A stretch of DNA of 64,000 bases from Clostridia bacterium. GTDB taxonomy: Bacteria > Bacillota > Clostridia > UMGS1810. The notes under the pieces were generated by a model. The model saw only the letters and a program-made list of their open reading frames with translations, had not been told where the DNA came from and made no database searches. The position numbers and the translations under genes were made by a program. This document shows positions 56,991 to 64,000 of the stretch, in pieces. How positions within the stretch are numbered: position 1 is the stretch's first letter; every line of letters begins with the position of its first letter. The stretch is taken from the NCBI GenBank assembly GCA_045606045.1, contig JAZURE010000032.1, forward strand, positions 9,863-73,862, written 5' to 3'.

Positions 56991-57242
56991 TTACTGCGCC
57001 GCTGCGGTCTTTCGGTGCCCTCGGCGTTTGATACTGTCTTGTACGGTCTTTTGTGCAATGTCCGCACTATAACCGTTGCGCCCGTTGTTGTCGAGCTCGC
57101 CCGTACTGCCTCTCGTCATTTCTCTATAAATGGTCGCAAGATGTACTCCGAGCTTGGAGGCAATTTCTACGAGGCTTGTATTTGCTGTATAAAGAGCCTC
57201 AATACTCTTTCTATCCTCAAATGTGAGGTATCGGCAAGTCAT
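56991..57242 (-). CDS. stand-alone IS30-type helix-turn-helix protein (paralog of the transposase N-terminus)
   Basis: 83 aa. LTFEDRKSIEAL......IASKLGVHLATIYREMTRG aligns with transposase residues LTFTDRLKIEAW......MAAELGVHISTIYRELKRG. No DDE domain is present. Confidence 0.7.
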   Translation of the reverse strand: MTCRYLTFEDRKSIEALYTANTSLVEIASKLGVHLATIYREMTRGSTGELDNNGRNGYSADIAQKTVQDSIKRRGHRKTAAAQ

Positions 57243-57280
57243 ACGCGCTTAACTCCTTTCTTTTTATCTTTGGAGAGAGT

Positions 57281-57310
57281 AAGGAGCGGAGGACGCGCCC
57301 TCCGCTCCTT
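57281..57310. promoter_or_regulatory. perfect 12-bp-arm palindrome upstream of the first early gene (operator or 5'-UTR hairpin)
   Basis: AAGGAGCGGAGG-ACGCGC-CCTCCGCTCCTT. Confidence 0.5.
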
Positions 57311-57387
57311 ATTCCCTTATGCTAAAATCTCACAACGCGCTCGAGTCGCACCTCTGCGGAGCTCTATCCTCGTTATGAGCAAAAGCC

Positions 57388-57433
57388 ATAAAAAAATAAG
57401 TGCGTTAGGTCTAAAAAACCTTTCGCACTTATT
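57388..57433 (-). terminator. minus-strand intrinsic terminator at the right prophage end
   Basis: 10-bp stem AATAAGTGCG/CGCACTTATT (57395..57404 / 57424..57433), followed on the minus strand by a T-run. Confidence 0.45.
57413..57430. repeat. degenerate inverted-repeat copy C
   Basis: The reverse complement AAGTGCGAAAGGTTTTTT matches AAGTGCAAAAAATTTTTT (24627..24644) at 15 of 18 positions. It lies 15 bp inside attR. Confidence 0.45.
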
Positions 57434-57445
57434 ATAAAACTTTAT

Positions 57446-57461
57446 AGATACAAGTATTTTA
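57446..57461. repeat. attR core (AGATACAAGTATTTTA)
   Basis: Identical to 24585..24600. Confidence 0.8.
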
Positions 57462-57471
57462 GCCAAAAGAC

Positions 57472-57500
57472 TTTACTTTTTTCGTAAAATGTATTACAAT
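57472..57500 (+). promoter_or_regulatory. candidate thrC promoter
   Basis: TTTACT, a 17-nt spacer, then TACAAT, about 40 nt upstream of the thrC ATG. Confidence 0.4.
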
Positions 57501-57540
57501 ATACTCTATACATGAATTTTTAAACTCGGAGGTTACATAG

Positions 57541-59034
57541 ATGCAATATCAGAGCACCAGAAACAGTAATTTTAAGATATCTTCTGCACAGGCAATTAAG
57601 AAAGGTATCTCGGAGGAGGGAGGTCTTTTTGTCCCCGAAACAGTACCCCAGGTTAGTGTAGAGGAAATATCTCAGCTTTCACAGCTGAAATATATAGACA
57701 GAGCAAAGAATATTCTTTCAAGGTTTCTTACAGATTACACTGATGAGGAGATATCCGAATGCTGCACCAAGGCATACAGCGAAGAAAAATTCGGCTCTTG
57801 TGATACTGCACCTGTGGTTAAATTAAGCGATACCATGCACATACTTGAGCTTTGGCACGGACCCACATGTGCATTCAAGGATATGGCTCTTCAGATACTT
57901 CCTCATCTTCTTACAAAGGCTGTAAAAAAGACGGGCGAAAACAATACCATTGCCATACTTGTAGCTACATCAGGCGATACAGGTAAAGCAGCGCTTGAAG
58001 GCTTTAAGGATGTAGACGGCACTGTAATACAGGTGTACTATCCCAAGCAGGGTGTGTCCGAAATACAGAAGCTTCAGATGGTTACTCAGGAGGGCGCAAA
58101 TGTGTCTGTGGTTGCGGTTGAAGGTAACTTTGACGATGCGCAGACAGGTGTTAAGAAGATTTTTACCGACGAAGCATACAAAGGTGAACTTGCCAAAAAG
58201 AATTATTCGCTTTCCAGCGCAAATTCTATCAACTGGGGACGCCTTGTTCCGCAGATTGTGTATTATTTCAGCGCATATGCTGATTTGCTTAAAAACGGCG
58301 ATATTTCCCTTGGCGAAAAGATAAATATATGTGTTCCCACAGGTAATTTCGGAAACATACTTGCCGCTTATTATGCTAAAATAATGGGTCTTCCCGTAAA
58401 TAAACTCATATGTGCTTCCAACAAAAACAGCGTTCTTACGGAATTTATTGAAAACGGCACTTACAGCAGAAACAGAGATTTTTATACAACAATTTCGCCG
58501 TCAATGGACATAATAATATCATCAAATCTGGAAAGACTTCTCTATCTTATGTCAGGCATGGATGACAAACTCATTACAAGCTACATGAATTCACTTGCCG
58601 AAAAGGGTGAGTACTCTGTAAACGACGATATATTCTCGCAGATTAAAGAGTCTTTTGCGGCAGGCTGCTGCGATGATACAATGACCAAGGATACCATAAA
58701 GAAGATAAAGGATGAATATAATTATACTGCAGATACACATACTGCAGTAGGCATCAAGGTTTATGAGGATTATGTCAAGAAAACGGGCGACTGCACAAAA
58801 ACGGTAATAGCATCAACTGCTAATCCGTATAAATTCAATAAGAGTGTTCTTGAAGCACTTTCAACAGAAAATCTTGAAGCATACGATGAATTTGAGCTTC
58901 TCGATAAACTTTCAAAAATAAGCGGTATCAAGATTCCCGATTCTTTAAGTAAATTAAAAGAAAAGGAAATTCGTTTTACAGCTTCTTGCAATAAAAACGA
59001 TATGAAAACCACAGTTTCTGACTTTTTAAAATAA
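57541..59034 (+). CDS. thrC: threonine synthase (long form)
   Basis: 497 aa with MQYQSTR... at the N-terminus and the PLP-lysine region GPTCAFKDMALQ. Confidence 0.9.
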   Translation: MQYQSTRNSNFKISSAQAIKKGISEEGGLFVPETVPQVSVEEISQLSQLKYIDRAKNILSRFLTDYTDEEISECCTKAYSEEKFGSCDTAPVVKLSDTMHILELWHGPTCAFKDMALQILPHLLTKAVKKTGENNTIAILVATSGDTGKAALEGFKDVDGTVIQVYYPKQGVSEIQKLQMVTQEGANVSVVAVEGNFDDAQTGVKKIFTDEAYKGELAKKNYSLSSANSINWGRLVPQIVYYFSAYADLLKNGDISLGEKINICVPTGNFGNILAAYYAKIMGLPVNKLICASNKNSVLTEFIENGTYSRNRDFYTTISPSMDIIISSNLERLLYLMSGMDDKLITSYMNSLAEKGEYSVNDDIFSQIKESFAAGCCDDTMTKDTIKKIKDEYNYTADTHTAVGIKVYEDYVKKTGDCTKTVIASTANPYKFNKSVLEALSTENLEAYDEFELLDKLSKISGIKIPDSLSKLKEKEIRFTASCNKNDMKTTVSDFLK

Positions 59035-59059
59035 TACAAAAAATCTTGGGGGTTTTTCT

Positions 59060-59740
59060 GTGAAGAAGAGCTATGGTGTAGTAATTGCCGCCGGAGGAAG
59101 CGGCACAAGATTCGGTACCGATATTCCAAAGCAGTTTGTTGAAATTTCGGGTATACCTGTAATTGCACACACTATTTTACCGTTTCAAAACTGCAAGGAA
59201 ATAAAAAAGATTGTTATAGTTGCTCATAAGGATTATCTTGTCTTTTGCAGCGATATACAAAAGCGCTTTGGTTTTAGCAAAGTATCTTCCATAATTGAGG
59301 GCGGTGCTACCAGACAGGCGAGCGTTTTTAAAGGAATTAAGGCTCTTGATACCGACTATGTGCTTATTCACGATGCAGCAAGACCTGTTATCTCAGAGGA
59401 AAAGATATCCATGTGCTGTGAGGAGGTTGCCAAATCAGGCTCATGTGCTCTCGGAATTCCGAGTGTAGATACCATAAAGGTGTCGCTTGACGGAGAATAT
59501 ATTTCATCCACACCGGACAGAAGTACCTTGTGGCAGATACAGACACCGCAGTGCTTTGAAAGAGATTTTATACTAAAGTGTCATAGAAGAGCCGCATATG
59601 ACGGATTTGAGGGCACAGATGATTGCATGCTTGCAGAGATGGCAGGCGCAAAGGTTAAGCTTATACAAGGCGACAGGACAAATATCAAAATCACAGATTA
59701 TGCCGACCTTGCGCTTGCGGAGGTGCTATTAAATGATTAG
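59060..59740 (+). CDS. ispD: 2-C-methyl-D-erythritol 4-phosphate cytidylyltransferase
   Basis: GTG start, 226 aa, with [17 protein letters not shown] and VLIHDAARP. Confidence 0.9.
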   Translation: MKKSYGVVIAAGGSGTRFGTDIPKQFVEISGIPVIAHTILPFQNCKEIKKIVIVAHKDYLVFCSDIQKRFGFSKVSSIIEGGATRQASVFKGIKALDTDYVLIHDAARPVISEEKISMCCEEVAKSGSCALGIPSVDTIKVSLDGEYISSTPDRSTLWQIQTPQCFERDFILKCHRRAAYDGFEGTDDCMLAEMAGAKVKLIQGDRTNIKITDYADLALAEVLLND

Positions 59741-60212
59741 AATAGGTACAGGATACGATGTACACAGACTTGCAGAGGGCAGAAAGCTTATCCTTGGCGG
59801 TGTAGAGATTGAATACGAATTGGGACTTTTGGGGCATTCAGATGCCGATGTGCTCGTTCACGCAATTATGGATGCACTTCTTGGCGCTGCGGCACTTGGC
59901 GACATAGGAAAGCTTTTTCCCGATTCCGATGCATCATACAAAAATGCGGACAGTATCAAACTGCTTCAGAAAGTAAAAGAAGTCCTTGATTCACACTCGT
60001 ATTCAGTTGTAAATGTTGATTCAACTGTCGTGGCGCAAAGCCCGAAACTTTCCCCGTACATCGATGAGATGCGAAAAAACATAGCGCACTCTCTCGGAAT
60101 AGATACAGACAGCGTAAGTGTTAAAGCGACTACTACCGAAAAGCTTGGATTTGAAGGACAAGGACTCGGTATTTCATCACAAGCTGTATGCTTGATTACA
60201 AAAGGAGAATGA
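59733..60212 (+). CDS. ispF: 2-C-methyl-D-erythritol 2,4-cyclodiphosphate synthase
   Basis: 159 aa with [10 protein letters not shown] and [19 protein letters not shown]. Confidence 0.93.
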   Translation: MIRIGTGYDVHRLAEGRKLILGGVEIEYELGLLGHSDADVLVHAIMDALLGAAALGDIGKLFPDSDASYKNADSIKLLQKVKEVLDSHSYSVVNVDSTVVAQSPKLSPYIDEMRKNIAHSLGIDTDSVSVKATTTEKLGFEGQGLGISSQAVCLITKGE

Positions 60213-60214
60213 TT

Positions 60215-61885
60215 ATGCTGACAGATATTCAAATTGCACAAAACGCAAAGCCCCAACACATCGGAAACATTGCCAAGGGTCTTGGTCTTACAGAGGACCA
60301 CATCGATTACTATGGCAAGTACAAAGCAAAAATCAATCTTGAGGTTATGGATGAATTAAAAGACAAGGAAGACGGAAAACTCATCCTTGTTACTGCCATA
60401 AATCCCACACCCGCAGGCGAGGGTAAGACTACTATCACCGTAGGTCTGGGGCAAGCTATGAACAAAATCGGCAAGAAAGCCGTTATTGCCTTAAGAGAGC
60501 CATCGTTGGGACCTGTAATGGGTGTTAAGGGCGGTGCTGCAGGCGGCGGATATTCTCAGGTTGTTCCCATGGAGGATATAAATCTTCACTTTACAGGAGA
60601 TATGCATGCCATAACTGCTGCAAATAATCTTCTTGCGGCACTTTTGGACAACCATATCAAGCAGGGCAATGAACTTGGAATTGACCCTACAAACATTGTT
60701 TTCAAGCGCGTTATGGATATGAATGACAGAAGCCTCCGAAATATAGTTGTAGGTCTTGGAGGAAAGCTTAACGGGACACCCAGAGAAGACGGCTTTATGA
60801 TAACCGTTGCTTCCGAAATCATGGCGATACTCTGTCTTGCATCAGATTTGCAGGACCTCAAAAACCGCTTTGCAAAAATTATAGTTGCCTACACATATTC
60901 AGGTAAGCCTGTTACTGCACATGACCTTAATGCAGAGGGTGCCATGACACTTCTTATGAAGGATGCAATTAAGCCAAACCTTGTGCAGACACTTGAAGCT
61001 ACACCATGCCTTATGCATGGCGGACCTTTTGCCAACATCGCTCATGGCTGTAACAGCCTTATTGCTACCAAAATGGCATTAAAGCTTGCAGACTATACCA
61101 TTACAGAGGCAGGCTTCGGTGCTGACCTCGGTGCAGAAAAGTTCCTTGACATTAAGTGCCGTTTCGGCGGTCTTAAGCCCGATGCAGTTGTAATTGTGGC
61201 AACTATTCGTGCGCTCAAATACAATGGCGGCGTAAAGAAGGATATGCTGAAAGATGAAAACCTTGAAGCACTCGAAAAGGGTATCGTAAATCTTAAAAGG
61301 CACATAGATAATATGCGCTCATACGGTGTAAGTGTAGTTGTAGCGGTAAATGCTTTCATAACCGATACCGATGCCGAAAAGCAGTATGTAATTGATTATT
61401 GCAACAAGATAGGCGTTAAGTGCGCAATGGCAGAGGTTTTTGCCAAAGGCGGCGAAGGCGGCGTTGAACTTGCAAAGGCTGTTTGCGAAACCATAGATAA
61501 CGAAAAGTCAAACTATGCACCCTTGTACGATACAGACCTTTCCATAAAGGATAAGATAAATGCCGTTGCTACCAAAATATATGGTGCTTCGGGCGTTATA
61601 TATACAAAAAAAGCAGAAAAGAAAATAAAACAGCTCGAGGATATGGGACTCGATAAGATACCCGTATGTATGGCAAAAACCCAGTATTCTTTGTCGGATG
61701 ACCCTGCACTTCTGGGTGCACCTACAGGCTTTGATATTACCGTAAGAGATGTTAATATTTCAAACGGTGCAGGCTTTGTTGTATGTCTCACAGGCGATAT
61801 AATGACAATGCCCGGTCTTCCCAAGGTACCTGCCGCAAACAATATTGATATCACAGAAGACGGAGAAATAGTCGGTCTGTTTTAA
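60215..61885 (+). CDS. fhs: formate--tetrahydrofolate ligase
   Basis: Start at MLTDIQIAQ after an AAAGGAGA RBS. It carries the [11 protein letters not shown]-loop and typical FTHFS sequence. Confidence 0.93.
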   Translation: MLTDIQIAQNAKPQHIGNIAKGLGLTEDHIDYYGKYKAKINLEVMDELKDKEDGKLILVTAINPTPAGEGKTTITVGLGQAMNKIGKKAVIALREPSLGPVMGVKGGAAGGGYSQVVPMEDINLHFTGDMHAITAANNLLAALLDNHIKQGNELGIDPTNIVFKRVMDMNDRSLRNIVVGLGGKLNGTPREDGFMITVASEIMAILCLASDLQDLKNRFAKIIVAYTYSGKPVTAHDLNAEGAMTLLMKDAIKPNLVQTLEATPCLMHGGPFANIAHGCNSLIATKMALKLADYTITEAGFGADLGAEKFLDIKCRFGGLKPDAVVIVATIRALKYNGGVKKDMLKDENLEALEKGIVNLKRHIDNMRSYGVSVVVAVNAFITDTDAEKQYVIDYCNKIGVKCAMAEVFAKGGEGGVELAKAVCETIDNEKSNYAPLYDTDLSIKDKINAVATKIYGASGVIYTKKAEKKIKQLEDMGLDKIPVCMAKTQYSLSDDPALLGAPTGFDITVRDVNISNGAGFVVCLTGDIMTMPGLPKVPAANNIDITEDGEIVGLF

Positions 61886-61896
61886 TTGGAGGATAC

Positions 61897-62322
61897 ATGG
61901 AATATATTTCTCACACTGCAGAAGATACAGAAAACATAGCATATGAATTTGCAAAGACTTTGAAAGGCGGAGAGATTATAACTCTCGACGGGGATTTAGG
62001 TGCAGGCAAAACTGCCTTTACCCGAGGCCTTGCGCGCGGACTTGGTATAACCGATACTGTTTCCAGTCCTACATTTACTATAGTAAATGAATACAGAAAC
62101 GGCAAAATCCCTCTTTTCCATTTCGATGTATACCGTGTAGAAACTTCGGATGAAATGTATGATATAGGCTGGGAGGACTACCTTGTTCAAGGGGCAGTCA
62201 TTGTAGTTGAGTGGGCAAAAAATATTCCTGATTTATTTGATAATAGCTGTATTTTCATAGACATTGTAAAAGACCTTGGCATTTCCGAGGATTACAGAAA
62301 AATCACAGTAAAAGGAGCATAA
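61897..62322 (+). CDS. tsaE: tRNA t6A37 biosynthesis ATPase TsaE
   Basis: 141 aa with GDLGAGKT Walker A and SPTF(T)IV. Confidence 0.88.
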   Translation: MEYISHTAEDTENIAYEFAKTLKGGEIITLDGDLGAGKTAFTRGLARGLGITDTVSSPTFTIVNEYRNGKIPLFHFDVYRVETSDEMYDIGWEDYLVQGAVIVVEWAKNIPDLFDNSCIFIDIVKDLGISEDYRKITVKGA

Positions 62323-62326
62323 AGCA

Positions 62327-63025
62327 ATGTACATTTTTGCTATGGATACTTCCTCGGTTACTGCTACTGTAGCAGTTATTACAGAAGAAAAACTTTTGGG
62401 AGAATATTCTGTTTCAAACAGACTTACTCATTCAAGGACAATTCTTCCCATGGCGGATGAACTTCTTAAGAATCTCGAGCTTGAGCTTAAGGATATAGAT
62501 GTATTTTCGGTTTGTACAGGACCAGGCTCATTTACTGGCTTAAGGATTGGAATGGCTACTGTCAAAACCATGGCACAGGCACTTTCCAAACCGATTATAG
62601 GTGTTTCTTCACTTGATGCTTTAGGATTAAGTTTTTATACTGCAGACGATACTGTTGTATGTCCTATAGTGGATGCAAGGCGTGACGAGGTGTACAATGC
62701 TTTGTATTCCTGCGGCAAAAAGATTTGCGAAGACAGAGCGCTTAATATTGATTCCCTGCTTAGTGAACTTCGCGGCAAAAAGGTTATCTTTTGCGGTGAT
62801 GCTGCCATTCTTCACAAGGATAAGATAGAGGGCACTTCAGGAGAAAACTGGCAGATAGCACCGCAGCACCTTATATTGCCAAAGGCATCTTCTGCGGCAT
62901 ATGCTGCACTTAAAAGGACAGAGGAAAATTCATTCGATGACCCTTGTACATTAAACCCTGTATATTTGCGTAAATCACAGGCAGAACGGGAATTGGAAGA
63001 AAGAATTAACGGAGGTAACAAATGA
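62327..63025 (+). CDS. tsaB: tRNA t6A37 biosynthesis protein TsaB
   Basis: 232 aa with an N-terminal ...DTSS....VAV region and a GPGSFTGLRIG motif. Confidence 0.88.
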   Translation: MYIFAMDTSSVTATVAVITEEKLLGEYSVSNRLTHSRTILPMADELLKNLELELKDIDVFSVCTGPGSFTGLRIGMATVKTMAQALSKPIIGVSSLDALGLSFYTADDTVVCPIVDARRDEVYNALYSCGKKICEDRALNIDSLLSELRGKKVIFCGDAAILHKDKIEGTSGENWQIAPQHLILPKASSAAYAALKRTEENSFDDPCTLNPVYLRKSQAERELEERINGGNK

Positions 63026-63459
63026 TGGTAGTTATAGGATCAGATCACGGCGGTTTTGAATTAAAGAACATATTGGTAAATTTTCTTAAAGAAAAAAATT
63101 ACGATGTGTTGGATGTAGGTACATATAGCGAAGAGAGCGTGGACTATCCAGATATAGCCGATGCCCTCTGCGCCAAAATAAACGATGGCACCTGCGAGAG
63201 AGGAATTCTCGTGTGCGGTACGGGTATCGGCATGAATATGTGTGCAAATAAGCATAAGGGAATAAGAGCCGCACAGTGTCACGATACTTTTAGTGCAAAG
63301 ATGACAAGACAGCACAATAACGCCAATGTTCTTACCATGGGCGGAAGAGTTGTTGGAAGCGAACTTGCAAAAGATATTGTTACAGAGTTTCTTACAAATG
63401 AATTTTTGGGTGGCCGTCATGAAGCGCGCGTCAATAAAATGATGTCATTGGAAAAATAA
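63022..63459 (+). CDS. rpiB: ribose-5-phosphate isomerase B
   Basis: 145 aa with GSDHGGFELK and GILVCGTGIGM. Confidence 0.9.
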   Translation: MMVVIGSDHGGFELKNILVNFLKEKNYDVLDVGTYSEESVDYPDIADALCAKINDGTCERGILVCGTGIGMNMCANKHKGIRAAQCHDTFSAKMTRQHNNANVLTMGGRVVGSELAKDIVTEFLTNEFLGGRHEARVNKMMSLEK

Positions 63460-63475
63460 TTCGGAGTAAATAGAA

Positions 63476-63958
63476 ATGATTGAAGCTATTGAAAATTTTT
63501 TGGTGGGCATCAATCCCAGCTTTGGCGTATTTGCGGTGTCTCTTGTTCCTGTAATTGAATTAAGAGGCGCAATTCCGCTTGGGATAGGGCTTGGATTAAA
63601 TTGGTTTTGGGTGTATATAATAAGTGTTATTGGCAATCTTTTGCCCGTACCTTTTATTATACTTCTTATAAGACCTCTTATAAACTGGCTATTGCACTCA
63701 AGGATGTTTCGCAAGGTGGGCTTGTGGCTTGATGAACGCACCCAGAAGAAAACCGAAGCTATGAACAAATATAAAAAATTAGGTCTCTTTATATTTGTTG
63801 CCATACCTTTTCCGGGTACAGGCGCATACACCGGTGCCATGATAGCCGGTATGCTTAATATGAGACTAAAAGATGCGATACCCACCATTACTTTAGGTGT
63901 ATTGGTCGCAGGAATTGCGATGCTTATTATTTCATGCGGGGTTAAACTACTGTTTTAA
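63476..63958 (+). CDS. small polytopic membrane protein (COG2426-like)
   Basis: 160 aa with 4 hydrophobic helices and the ...IELRGAIP.G motif. Confidence 0.55.
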   Translation: MIEAIENFLVGINPSFGVFAVSLVPVIELRGAIPLGIGLGLNWFWVYIISVIGNLLPVPFIILLIRPLINWLLHSRMFRKVGLWLDERTQKKTEAMNKYKKLGLFIFVAIPFPGTGAYTGAMIAGMLNMRLKDAIPTITLGVLVAGIAMLIISCGVKLLF

Positions 63959-64000
63959 AAGCTAACTCTGTATTAACAAAAGAAGGGAATGTGTTTTAAT

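Larger units (their letters stand above)
24585..57461. mobile_element. integrated siphovirus-type prophage with HK97-like head genes (about 32.9 kb including both direct repeats)
   Basis: The block is bounded by a perfect 16-bp direct repeat and shows an abrupt shift to GC-richer sequence. It holds a full phage structural, lysis and early gene set, with host tyrS on the left and thrC on the right. Confidence 0.9.

Overview
This is a low-GC Firmicutes (Clostridia-like) chromosomal segment interrupted by a prophage of about 32.9 kb with visibly higher GC. All functional calls come from motif recognition by eye, because no database search was possible.

Host backbone, left of the prophage:
- a partial hemZ-like gene, an MBL hydrolase, relA/spoT and recJ
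- a complete F-type ATP synthase operon (atpZ/I-B-E-F-H-A-G-D-C)
- a lipoprotein, htpG and tRNA-Gly(GCC)
- a ZTP (pfl-motif) riboswitch in front of pflB-pflA
- ptsH, uvrC, a flavin-reductase/rubredoxin fusion, a DUF5685-like protein, a J-domain protein and tyrS

Host backbone, right of the prophage: thrC, ispD, ispF, fhs, tsaE, tsaB, rpiB and a membrane protein.

The prophage sits between the tyrS terminator and the thrC promoter (24585..57461) and is bounded by a perfect 16-bp direct repeat. It is a siphovirus with HK97-type head genes, and almost every gene is on the minus strand. Its modules are HNH, terS/terL, portal, protease, capsid, connectors, tail with a G/GT frameshift, TMP, Dit, Tal, lysis, and an early region with a HUH Rep, an SLT-domain protein, an ASCH protein, a PAPS-reductase-like protein and a C5-methyltransferase.

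Most notable observations:
1. A complete diversity-generating retroelement (RT, TR, Avd, tail-fibre target). It has a second, remote variable repeat 22 kb away in a small acidic protein of the early region. All TR/VR differences (11 and 13) fall on TR adenines, and each VR has its own GC hairpin.
2. The only recombinase is an IS30-family DDE transposase at the extreme left end. It comes with a perfect 22-bp inverted-repeat pair, a degenerate third copy next to attR, and an HTH-only paralog at the right end.
3. A consensus promoter carries an 18-bp palindrome in its spacer. A divergent promoter next to it drives a highly structured RNA of about 180 nt that ends in a terminator.
4. The C5 DNA methyltransferase appears circularly permuted (motifs IV-X followed by I-III).
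5. A small transcript runs against the early operon upstream of the HUH rep gene, with a consensus promoter and a strong terminator.
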